Below, in pieces: positions 18,076 to 26,472 of a stretch of 56,055 bases of DNA. The DNA is from a virus (Duplodnaviria > Caudoviricetes). The stretch lies in IMG/VR virus record IMGVR_UViG_3300030107_004870, positions 1 to 56,055 of that record. One strand, given 5' to 3'. A program made the translations under genes and the position numbers. The notes under the pieces are model-generated. The model did not search any database. It had not been told where the DNA came from and was given only the letters and a program-made list of their open reading frames with translations. Position 1 is the stretch's first letter; every line of letters starts with the position of its first letter.

Positions 18076-18390
18076 TTAAGTTGTAATTTGTATTGTGCCC
18101 AAACCGCTTGTCACAGCAAAAGTAGTTAGTTCTTTTCCAAGTTTTCCTTTGCCTGTATTTGTATAAACAGAAAAAAAGTTATTATCATCACTTAAATCAG
18201 GTCTTGCATTTTTTAATGCTTGTGCGTCCACTACTACAGGTCGTCTATCTAATTGTGGATGTTTTGGGTCAAATTGGTCTGGTCCAACCATTAGACCATC
18301 CCAAGTCATTCTCATATCTTTTAATTTATATCTAAAACCAGATACATCACAAATTCCATAAGCGTTTTTATTGCTGGCAAATTTGCTCAT
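18076..18390 (-). CDS. Conserved small virion-module protein
   Basis: GICDVSGFRY..FDPKHPQL. Confidence 0.65.
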   Translation of the reverse strand: MSKFASNKNAYGICDVSGFRYKLKDMRMTWDGLMVGPDQFDPKHPQLDRRPVVVDAQALKNARPDLSDDNNFFSVYTNTGKGKLGKELTTFAVTSGLGTIQITT

Positions 18391-19085
18391 CTTGCTGAAT
18401 TATAACTTCTTAAATCTGGTGCAATATTATATGAAGACCTGTCTTGGTCTTGTGAAGTAGCTCTTTCAAACTCTTCTTCGTAAATTTGTTTTAACAAAAC
18501 TGTTCTTTCTGGAGCTCTTTTCATAGAAATGTAGTAAGCAAGACCAGCTGCTAAACAAGGATAAAACCTAAAAGGCATTTCTAATGTATTTGCTCCTGCA
18601 TCAGCATCATCCATTCTAGTAAGCACATTTAAATGTAAAGTGTATGTAGTAGATTTATCCGGAGTAGGATATAAAGTAATTTTTGGAGAAAGCTGTTTAT
18701 CCACAAAATATTGTGAAGGCTTTCCTGATGTGCCTTTGTTAGCTAAACCAGCATATTGCGACCTACTAATTTTTGCCAAAGGCAAATCAGTATTTTCGCT
18801 ATTTACTGTTTCTCTAACAAAAGCATCCAAAACATCAATAGTTGCAGTACCATCTACAGAGTCAATGGTGTAAGTTTCAGTATCTTTTACCAAAGTAATA
18901 GTTTTTTCTGCAACTGTCCATTGGTTTAAGCCTCTGTTAGCCCATTCTGCTAAAAGCAAATTTAAGCTTCGTCTAGCGGTTTTTAAATCATAACCTGTTC
19001 TGAGTTCTAAGCCACAGCGTTCAAACGCTTCTTCTACAAACTCGCCTACGTCAGGTTCAAAATTTTTACTATTTGATACTGCCAA
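18387..19085 (-). CDS. Head-tail adaptor/tail tubular protein A-like
   Basis: EEAFERCG..ARRSLNLL.EWANRGLN, PFRFYPCLAAGLAYY. Confidence 0.7.
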   Translation of the reverse strand: MAVSNSKNFEPDVGEFVEEAFERCGLELRTGYDLKTARRSLNLLLAEWANRGLNQWTVAEKTITLVKDTETYTIDSVDGTATIDVLDAFVRETVNSENTDLPLAKISRSQYAGLANKGTSGKPSQYFVDKQLSPKITLYPTPDKSTTYTLHLNVLTRMDDADAGANTLEMPFRFYPCLAAGLAYYISMKRAPERTVLLKQIYEEEFERATSQDQDRSSYNIAPDLRSYNSAR

Positions 19086-19090
19086 TTTTA

Positions 19091-19492
19091 TTAATATTTT
19101 TTAATCAGTTCTAAAATTACCATGTAGCTATCGCCACTTGAATGACCTGTTGTTGTAAAGTCAATGTCGCCTGTTTTTCCGGAACCAGCATTATTAGGTA
19201 TTGCTGAAAAATTATCGTAATACTCATCTCCTGTTGAATCAGCAGGTAAACCTATTGCTAAAACATTAGTAGATGCGTCAAATTCAATTTTTACAGACAT
19301 GCCTACAGTAGCCCAATATATTCTTTGTATATGTACTTCTGTGCATTCCTTTCCTGCTGAGTTTTTTGCCAAAGCAGAAACATCAACTTTTTTGACAGCA
19401 GACTCGCCACTGCCATCGCTGACATTGGTAAATCTCATTACAGCTGTTCTTTCGCCATCTTGTATGGTTTGTGATAATACTGTGTCTGCCAT
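19091..19492 (-). CDS. Virion structural protein
   Basis: Beta-rich ORF in head-tail operon. Confidence 0.6.
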   Translation of the reverse strand: MADTVLSQTIQDGERTAVMRFTNVSDGSGESAVKKVDVSALAKNSAGKECTEVHIQRIYWATVGMSVKIEFDASTNVLAIGLPADSTGDEYYDNFSAIPNNAGSGKTGDIDFTTTGHSSGDSYMVILELIKKY

Positions 19493-19505
19493 ATTTTACC
19501 TCGAA

Positions 19506-19988
19506 TTATGCAGTTGGAGAGTCAGAAGAAATTCCAAAGAATTTTAATGCAATAACTCCACCAGCACCTGCTGTTCCAGATATTACGACTTCTACTTCAT
19601 CAGCTGTTTCAGTAGCGGCAGTAGTAGTACCACCAGACATACCTAAAACACCATTACAAGGAAAGAAACCTTTAAATCCTGTTGAATTTATAGCAGATGA
19701 AATACCATCTATAAAACCATCAGTATCTGCGTCAGTTCCTACATCAACCAAGTTTACTGCGTTAGCAGCAGCACTTGTCACAGTCACAGCACAAGCCATA
19801 GGAATAAAGTTTGAAGGTATTCCAATAGAAGCTTCTTTGTGGGAAGTACCTGTAGCAGCTACTGTAATAGAAGTGCTATATGTACTCATTGTCATTTCGT
19901 TTGTTAAAGCACCTGTAGTTGAGTTTTTAATAATGGTTTTATAACCATTTTCAGAACGCACAGGACCATTAAATGTTGTGTTTGCCAT
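19506..19988 (-). CDS. Putative capsid decoration/minor head protein
   Basis: Starts MANTTFNGPVRSENG; SD AGGAGG; Ala/Thr/Gly-rich. Confidence 0.6.
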   Translation of the reverse strand: MANTTFNGPVRSENGYKTIIKNSTTGALTNEMTMSTYSTSITVAATGTSHKEASIGIPSNFIPMACAVTVTSAAANAVNLVDVGTDADTDGFIDGISSAINSTGFKGFFPCNGVLGMSGGTTTAATETADEVEVVISGTAGAGGVIALKFFGISSDSPTA

Positions 19989-19991
19989 GTT

Positions 19992-20070
19992 ATCCTCCTT
20001 GAGGAAAGACTTTATCATCTTGGCTTGTCTGCTAGGTCAGTTGATAAAGTTGTTAATAAATACCTAGATT
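19992..20070 (-). ncRNA. Structured cis-regulatory leader (pseudoknot-like) plus SD-sequestering hairpin
   Basis: 9-bp stem ACUUUAUCA/UGAUAAAGU enclosing CUG-ACCUAG-CAG, whose loop is complementary to upstream CUAGGU; UCCUC-AAG-GAGGA over the SD; TGATATAAT promoter just upstream. Confidence 0.55.
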
Positions 20071-20111
20071 GACATGATTATATCATTTTTGGTCAAAATT
20101 AAAGTAAATAT

Positions 20112-20194
20112 TTGTTTGTAAATAGTTGCAAAAGTTTGTAAATAGTGTACTATAACTATATGATTAATAAAAAATTATGGAGGAAATAATCATG
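20112..20194 (+). promoter_or_regulatory. Early promoter with tandem TTTGTAAATAGT boxes and leaderless uORF
   Basis: TTGCAA-16-TACTAT-AACTAT-ATG (20160-20189, MINKKLWRK*), SD GGAGG, main ATG 20192. Confidence 0.8.
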
Positions 20195-20461
20195 AAATTA
20201 ACTAAAGCAGAAATAGTAAAGAAGACTGAAGATTTTAACGATGAAATAACAGTTTTGTTAAACAATGCAAAAAAAACTAAAAGATGGATAGATGACGCTG
20301 TTTGGTGTGATTTCGACAATCCGAAGTGTGTATTGGTTGCAGAGATGATAAAAATGGAGAAAAAATTCAGTCAAGAAATCAAAGCAGCAGAAAACAAAAT
20401 GTCGGAGTTTAGGAAGTTCCAAGAAGAAAATCCATTTGATGATGCACCTATGGCGACATGA
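20192..20461 (+). CDS. Hypothetical protein, first gene of helicase moron
   Basis: ORF with SD GGAGG. Confidence 0.75.
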   Translation: MKLTKAEIVKKTEDFNDEITVLLNNAKKTKRWIDDAVWCDFDNPKCVLVAEMIKMEKKFSQEIKAAENKMSEFRKFQEENPFDDAPMAT

Positions 20462-20476
20462 TTGACGTGAGAGAAA

Positions 20477-22399
20477 ATGGATAACTTCGATTTAGATTGG
20501 TCTCCAAAGCAAAAACTACCTGATGGCAGGTATGTAGAAGAAGCAGAGCTTAATAAAAATAACAGTGAGCTTTTTTGGTCTGTCTGGAGAGAAGAAAAAA
20601 TTGCTCTTAAAAAGTCAGGGTATGCTGTGTCAAAAGATAATGACGATGTTTGGATTGTTAAAAGATACTCTGATGATTTAAACATTTTAGAAAAATCACA
20701 AGCTGTAGACTCTGATAAAAGTTATCCGGTGCCAGCTGGTCTTGATTACTATGGTTATCAAAAAGCCGGCATTGAGTATTGCTTAGACAAAGATAACATT
20801 TTGATTGGCGATGAAATGGGCTTGGGCAAAACTGTTCAAGCTATTGGCGTTATCAACGTCAATAAACCAAAAAATGTTTTAATTGTTTCGCCAGCTTCTT
20901 TAAAGCTTAATTGGAAAAAAGAATTAGAAACTTGGTTGGTAGACCAAAGAGATATTCAAGTTATCATGTCTGGTAAAGACAGCCTTAATGATAAGCAAGA
21001 TATTGTAATTATCAATTATGATGTCTTGCAAAAGTATCAAGATTTGCTTGATAAGAAATGGAGTCTTGTCATTATGGATGAGGTTCACTATCTAAAAAAT
21101 CCTGATGCCCAAAGAACTAAAGCAGCTTTAAGCGTTCAAGCAGACAAAAAAATTATGCTGACAGGAACTCCTATTCCTAACAGACCTATTGAGATACAAG
21201 CAGTAGCTGGCTATTTAGACAACAAATCATTTGGTAATAGATTTGGGTTTGGTAAAAGATATGCTGGATTACACAAAAAAAGAGTCAGCAGAACTAGAGA
21301 GGTTTGGGATTGGAGTGGAGCTTCTAATTTAGATGAGTTGCAAAGAAGACTTAGACAAAGCTTCATGATAAGAAGAAAAAAAGATGAGGTTTTAAAAGAC
21401 TTACCAGCTAAAGTAAAACAAATTATTGAACTGCCTTACGAGCTTTACAAAAAAGAAATCAAAGCAGAGTATTCAGCTTTTGAAGATTACAACAAAAAAA
21501 ACCAAAATCCTAATGTAGACCCTTACAGTCTGGATGCAGAACAATTTTCTTCTAAAGTAGATTTTATAAGCATGTCATCTGAAAGAAGAGCAACTGCTGA
21601 GAAAAAAGTTAAAGCGGTTGTTGAACACCTTGAGTCATTCAATGAGCCGGTTGTTGTAATGGCACACCACAGAGATGTTATTGCTCAGTTAGAAATAGAA
21701 CTTAAAAAGCAAGATAAAAAAGTTGTGGTGCTTACCGGAGAAAAAAATCAAGTAGAAAGAAATGAAGCAGTTGAGGCTTTTCAAAATGGTCAAGCTGATG
21801 TCTTCATTGGCAGCATTAAAGCTGCTGGTGTTGGTCTTACTCTAACCAGAGCATCTAAAATGGTTTTTGCAGAGCTTGATTGGGTGCCATCTGACATAGC
21901 TCAAGCAGAAGACAGAATACACAGAATTGGTCAAGAGTCTTCTGTCTTAATACAATATATTGTTGTTGAAGGCTCTCTTGATGCAGTCTTCGCTAAAAAG
22001 ATTGTTGATAAAACCAAAGTAGCTGCTAGAGCTCTTGATAATGTAGTGGTTGAGAAAAAAATCGAGATACCAGAGCTTATCGAAGAAAACAAAGAGCTTA
22101 ACAAGGTAATCAAAAAAGCTAGAGTAAAAGTCAAAGCCAATCAAATAGCTGAGTCTTTATCATTAGAAAAAGTAGAGTTGCTTCAAAAATTCATGAAGTT
22201 TCTTTCTTCAAGATGTGATGGTGCCCTAGCACAAGATGGTGTTGGCTTTAATGGTGTTGATAAAGACTTCGGTGCTTCTTTAGCAAGACAAAATAGCTGG
22301 AGCATGGCTCAACAAAAAATTGCTTACAAAATGCTTAAAAAATACAAAAGACAATTAGATGAGCTTGATGATGAAGGTTATAACATTCTTTACAATTAA
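20477..22399 (+). CDS. SNF2-family (SMARCAL1/HARP-like) helicase/translocase
   Basis: GDEMGLGKT, MDEVH, LTGTP, GVGLTL, QAEDRIHRIGQ motifs. Confidence 0.92.
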   Translation: MDNFDLDWSPKQKLPDGRYVEEAELNKNNSELFWSVWREEKIALKKSGYAVSKDNDDVWIVKRYSDDLNILEKSQAVDSDKSYPVPAGLDYYGYQKAGIEYCLDKDNILIGDEMGLGKTVQAIGVINVNKPKNVLIVSPASLKLNWKKELETWLVDQRDIQVIMSGKDSLNDKQDIVIINYDVLQKYQDLLDKKWSLVIMDEVHYLKNPDAQRTKAALSVQADKKIMLTGTPIPNRPIEIQAVAGYLDNKSFGNRFGFGKRYAGLHKKRVSRTREVWDWSGASNLDELQRRLRQSFMIRRKKDEVLKDLPAKVKQIIELPYELYKKEIKAEYSAFEDYNKKNQNPNVDPYSLDAEQFSSKVDFISMSSERRATAEKKVKAVVEHLESFNEPVVVMAHHRDVIAQLEIELKKQDKKVVVLTGEKNQVERNEAVEAFQNGQADVFIGSIKAAGVGLTLTRASKMVFAELDWVPSDIAQAEDRIHRIGQESSVLIQYIVVEGSLDAVFAKKIVDKTKVAARALDNVVVEKKIEIPELIEENKELNKVIKKARVKVKANQIAESLSLEKVELLQKFMKFLSSRCDGALAQDGVGFNGVDKDFGASLARQNSWSMAQQKIAYKMLKKYKRQLDELDDEGYNILYN

Positions 22400-22467
22400 G
22401 AAGGGCACCCTGATTAGAGTGCCCTATAATTTATAAACAATATTTAGGGGGGAGTAAATATGAATAT
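22398..22467 (-). ncRNA. Candidate small RNA with C-rich loop
   Basis: TTTACC-17-TATAAT promoter (22502-22474); hairpin AUAUUUA-CUCCCCCC-UAAAUAU; terminal hairpin GGGCACUCU/AGGGUGCCC+UUCUU that pairs fully only on the minus strand. Confidence 0.45.
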
Positions 22468-22482
22468 GGAATAATTATAAGG

Positions 22483-22516
22483 AAAAAGAAAGGGCAGGTA
22501 AATACCTGCCCTTCTT
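22483..22516 (-). terminator. Terminator after major capsid gene
   Basis: AAGGGCAGGTA-(T)-TACCTGCCCTT followed by TCTTTTT on the minus strand. Confidence 0.8.
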
Positions 22517-22553
22517 TATAATAGTTGAATAATAAACCCTATTATTGGTTCAT

Positions 22554-23471
22554 TTAAGCTCCTTGGGAACCATAGATACCTCTCCAATTAGAGAAGCCAA
22601 AAGAATATCTTTCTCTAGCTTTGTATCTAATGTTGCCTGTACTAAAGTCAGGCTCCATGTTGGTTTCCATTCCGGTTCTTTGGAACATTTTTAGACCTTC
22701 TCCTTGCTCTGTAATAGAAGTCAATAAGAAGAAAGCGTCTGGGTCATTAAGGTAATGATTTACTGTGTAGCCACCGGGTAATACACCTGTATTTTTGATA
22801 GCGTTTAAATCATTATCCGCAGTACCGACTCTTTGTGGAGAGTTCAATATTCTGTCAGCAACAAAAGTTAATTGTGGTGGTATCACCAATTTTGTTGCAT
22901 TCACAGAAATAGTTAAACCTCTGTCGTCTGTAAATGTAGATATATCAATTAAAGCATCCTCTAATGAAGTTTCATTTAAGTCAGCCATAGTGCTAGCTCT
23001 ATTAGCAGCAGTTCCACCACCTGCTAAGGGGTGGGCTGTGTTAATTAGAGAAACACCATCTCCGCCTGTAAATGAAGAACTAAACGCATTGTTTAATACG
23101 TTTGCTCCTTTTACTTCTTTAGTGTTAGCCATACTTCTAGCTAATGCTTTAGTATATCTTTTACCAAGTGAGTCATATAAATTATCCTCAACAGCTTCTT
23201 CTGTCAAAGCAAAAGCCAACGCAATAGTATCATGCGTGTATCTTGCAGTGTAAGACTCAGAAGCGTTGTCGAATACAACTCCTTGCCCTTCGGATTTATC
23301 CGGAGCCGAACCAAAACCAACGATTAATACTTCTTCCTCGAAAGCTCTTGAAGAGTCTTCAATAGAAAAAATTTCAGCATATTCTTGGTCGTAAGTATCA
23401 TACTCCATACCAAAAAGTGCGTTTAAACCCGGTTCTAATTCAGCTGCTAGTTGTGCTCTTGAAATTGCCAT
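22554..23471 (-). CDS. Major capsid protein (Mu gpT-like, HK97 fold)
   Basis: MAISRAQLAAELEPGLNALFG...RYKARERYSFG..WRGIYGS; size and position; terminator downstream. Confidence 0.88.
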   Translation of the reverse strand: MAISRAQLAAELEPGLNALFGMEYDTYDQEYAEIFSIEDSSRAFEEEVLIVGFGSAPDKSEGQGVVFDNASESYTARYTHDTIALAFALTEEAVEDNLYDSLGKRYTKALARSMANTKEVKGANVLNNAFSSSFTGGDGVSLINTAHPLAGGGTAANRASTMADLNETSLEDALIDISTFTDDRGLTISVNATKLVIPPQLTFVADRILNSPQRVGTADNDLNAIKNTGVLPGGYTVNHYLNDPDAFFLLTSITEQGEGLKMFQRTGMETNMEPDFSTGNIRYKARERYSFGFSNWRGIYGSQGA

Positions 23472-23487
23472 TATTTAATACCTCTCA

Positions 23488-24075
23488 TTAAGCTAAACCA
23501 GCACCTTTCTGACCCATAATGTGATTTTGTATCACACATAGGACATTGGTGTTAGCTGTTGCAACGTCTGAATTATCGGGGTCCTGTGAAATATCAATCG
23601 CTTTTAGTGGAAGCGTAGCTGTAGTAGCTCCGGTTGTCACGTCTAACTCAGTGTTAGAACGTCCGGATTTTTCATCTCCTACATCTGCATTATCCACTAT
23701 GTCGAAATTTCCAAACAAGTCAGCGACAGGAAAAGTGTCATCTGCTTGTACTTCAAAGACAACATTTGGGTCGTCAATCACAGAAGCTATAATATCCGAA
23801 GCAGAAATACTACCCGGATAGTAGTTTTTAAAGACTTGTTCGCCTGTAGTTGGGTCTGTGTACGAAACACCATTGAAAACACCAACGATGGGTACAGTTC
23901 CTGATGCCGCATGTCTTCCTAACACACCGGCAGTAAGCTGAGTGACTATATCTCCTTGATATATAGGAGTTGTAGCACCACTTGCTATTCTATATCTGGA
24001 TTGACCTCCAGAATAGGGAGCACCACCCATCATGCGAACAGGCTTTAAGCCAAAGGCAGCGTCTTTGTTCGCCAT
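23488..24075 (-). CDS. Capsid-associated (cement/decoration) protein
   Basis: MANKDAAFGLKPV..GVFNG..DDPNVVFEVQAD, immediately upstream of capsid gene. Confidence 0.65.
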   Translation of the reverse strand: MANKDAAFGLKPVRMMGGAPYSGGQSRYRIASGATTPIYQGDIVTQLTAGVLGRHAASGTVPIVGVFNGVSYTDPTTGEQVFKNYYPGSISASDIIASVIDDPNVVFEVQADDTFPVADLFGNFDIVDNADVGDEKSGRSNTELDVTTGATTATLPLKAIDISQDPDNSDVATANTNVLCVIQNHIMGQKGAGLA

Positions 24076-24106
24076 AATAGTTTACCTCTTAAAAATTAAA
24101 TTAAGT

Positions 24107-24589
24107 CTACTTTTTTCCAAAAGTGACTTGAGACTCTCTTTTGCTATCGTACTTAACGTATCTGCTATCTTTGTTAGAGTCATTAAACATTGTGTTATCT
24201 AATGCCTCGTTAGCTTTAGAAGTTTTACTTTCGTAATAAGCTCTTCTTTCTGCAATAGTTTCTACCGGTATTTTAGCTAAAAACAGTCCTTCATTATGTA
24301 CTACTCCAGCCAATCGACCTCTATCTTCGCCAAGTGCAGGCAAATCCCATCCATCAGGTAAAGATGATGCTTGGACAAATTCCCAGCCTTCTCTCATTCT
24401 ATATGAAATGTTATTTGCATCTTCTTGACCAAGGAACGAACCTCTTATCCATCTGTACTCATAACCATCAGGAGGAGGAGGTGTGTCTAGTTTCTTGACA
24501 GGAGACCAAGGTTTTCTACGAGTTGTATTATCGTGAGACTCGGTTTCACGCTGGTTTCTCATGGTGTTTAACTCTTTCTTTTCAGCCAT
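24107..24589 (-). CDS. Conserved head-module protein
   Basis: PPPDGYEYRWIR..MREGWEFV motif. Confidence 0.65.
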   Translation of the reverse strand: MAEKKELNTMRNQRETESHDNTTRRKPWSPVKKLDTPPPPDGYEYRWIRGSFLGQEDANNISYRMREGWEFVQASSLPDGWDLPALGEDRGRLAGVVHNEGLFLAKIPVETIAERRAYYESKTSKANEALDNTMFNDSNKDSRYVKYDSKRESQVTFGKK

Positions 24590-25524
24590 TAGCTTGCCTC
24601 TCTTTGTTGTATTTTTTGCTTTTGTTTAGCAACCTGTTTCAACCAATCTTCTTCAGACATGTTGTAAGGTTTCAACCCTAGGACACGCTCTTTTTCAGAC
24701 TTTGAAAAAGTTATTCCACTTTTGTTGCCTTGTGTTTTTTGCCTACTTCCTACAGAAGCAGAAGCGACTCTTTGCACAGTGGGTCTCACTTCTTTTTCCT
24801 CGGCATTTGTTTCATTCATTAAATCTGGATATACATTATACACCCTTTTATCTAATTCATTGTAATACTCATCTGAGTCAGCTTCAAAGCCCTCATTAAT
24901 AAGATTAATATGTGTAAAGTTTGCATATTGAGTAGCTGCTACATTATTGGTATCTGAGTCTACACCATACCAAGGATTTTTGCTTTTCCACAACAAAGCT
25001 TCTTCTGTAGGGACAACAACTTGTTGCCCTTCTGTTTGCTCAGGCTGAACTTGTTGTGTTTGTTGAACTTGTTCTTGTTGTATAGCCCTGTTTTTAGCCA
25101 ACCTTATTTGTTCTTTTTGTATTTGAATTTCGCCTTTTAAAGTATCTGCCTTAGAAATTAACTCAGCATCATTTGCTTCGTAAGCTTTTTTAAACAGCTC
25201 GTTAGCCTGTCTTTCTTTTGCTTCAACTGCTTGTTCTTCTGCACTTAAAACACTTGTATTAAGTTGCTGAGTTTGACTTTCTAAGTCTTTAATTCTTTGT
25301 TCTCTTTGTTGAGCAAGTTGTTCTGCTTGTTGAGCCCTAGTTTCTGCTTCTCTAGCTCTTGCATTTAACTTGTTAATTCTTTTTGATACGCCTTTAGTGT
25401 ATTCACTAAGTTCATCATCAGAAGAGATTTCTTGTTGTTTTTGCTCTTCTTCTATGACAGCATCATCAACAACTTCAATTTTTATTTCTTCTTCTTGTTC
25501 TATTTTGTTTTCTGTTTCGCTCAT
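24589..25524 (-). CDS. Putative capsid scaffolding protein
   Basis: Acidic coiled-coil between portal and capsid genes; W..KNPWY motif. Confidence 0.7.
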   Translation of the reverse strand: MSETENKIEQEEEIKIEVVDDAVIEEEQKQQEISSDDELSEYTKGVSKRINKLNARAREAETRAQQAEQLAQQREQRIKDLESQTQQLNTSVLSAEEQAVEAKERQANELFKKAYEANDAELISKADTLKGEIQIQKEQIRLAKNRAIQQEQVQQTQQVQPEQTEGQQVVVPTEEALLWKSKNPWYGVDSDTNNVAATQYANFTHINLINEGFEADSDEYYNELDKRVYNVYPDLMNETNAEEKEVRPTVQRVASASVGSRQKTQGNKSGITFSKSEKERVLGLKPYNMSEEDWLKQVAKQKQKIQQREAS

Positions 25525-25970
25525 TATAAACTCACTATATCATCTGGATTTAGAATTGTTGCAATGATTTCATCATCGTTAATAATTCTTACTTCCGCAC
25601 CATCTTCTAATTTAAACCTAGCTCCAGCATATCTTCCAATCAACACCCATTGACCTTCTTTACACCAAGGTTCGCCATACTTGCCCTGCTCTGAATAACA
25701 AAGAGGACCCATTTTTACAACATAAGCAACTACAGTAGCCAGACTTTCTCTGTCTACAGTTTCTTTTGTCATAATAATTCCACCCTTACTTTTGCCTTTA
25801 CCTCTGTAAGGTAAAACTAAAATTTTCCAACCTGTAGGAGTGGGCATTCTTTCGACCAAAGAAGCTTCCAGCTTTTCTGGGTCCAAGAATATTTCTTCTG
25901 GCTCCACATAAGCGGATTGAATTATATTCTTTTCTTCTTCTTTTTTTGCTGGCTCACTCATTTTTGTCAA
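25524..25970 (-). CDS. groES: Phage GroES-like co-chaperonin
   Basis: PTGWKILV..KSKGGII..RYAG..RIINDDEIIA. Confidence 0.85.
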   Translation of the reverse strand: MTKMSEPAKKEEEKNIIQSAYVEPEEIFLDPEKLEASLVERMPTPTGWKILVLPYRGKGKSKGGIIMTKETVDRESLATVVAYVVKMGPLCYSEQGKYGEPWCKEGQWVLIGRYAGARFKLEDGAEVRIINDDEIIATILNPDDIVSL

Positions 25971-26142
25971 AATAATTTTTTATAAAATCTTGCATATTAT
26001 AAAGGGCATTTAACTGTCCTTGCAAATATTTATAATGTTCCATGTCTTTTAAATTTCCAGACATTAAAGTTTCTTCTATATCTTTCAATTTAGTATTAAT
26101 TTCTTTTTGTAGATTTTCTATAAAATCAATAACGTCTGCCAT
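25954..26142 (-). CDS. Small conserved head-module protein
   Basis: ORF track; YKYLQGQLNAL helix. Confidence 0.65.
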   Translation of the reverse strand: MADVIDFIENLQKEINTKLKDIEETLMSGNLKDMEHYKYLQGQLNALYNMQDFIKNYFDKNE

Positions 26143-26145
26143 AAA

Positions 26146-26472
26146 TTATTTTTTCTTTTTTCTAGTAATTTTTGTTTTTTTTGTAGTTTTTTTACTGATA
26201 TTGGCAGGCTTTAAAACAACTTTTTTTGTATCAATTTGTTCTTCAATCTTTGACTCAATTTTTACTTCTTTTACAGGCTTTGGTTGAGTTTTTTCTACAA
26301 CTTTTTTGCCTGATATTCTTGCCATTTTTTTTGAAATTCTTTCAATACTTGCAATTTCTTTTGCTTTTTTAGCTGCTTCTGTTTTTTCTCTTTCAGCTAT
26401 TTCTTTTGCCCTTTCAAGTTTTTTATTTTTTCTTAACTCTGCAAGTTTTTCTTTTATATAAGATGTCGTCAT
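26146..26472 (-). CDS. Lys-rich hypothetical protein
   Basis: Overlaps portal stop; very basic. Confidence 0.55.
   Translation of the reverse strand: MTTSYIKEKLAELRKNKKLERAKEIAEREKTEAAKKAKEIASIERISKKMARISGKKVVEKTQPKPVKEVKIESKIEEQIDTKKVVLKPANISKKTTKKTKITRKKKK

Noticed and set aside
25524-25970. GroES as a host-derived novelty
   Set aside because: Phage co-chaperonins in head modules are well known
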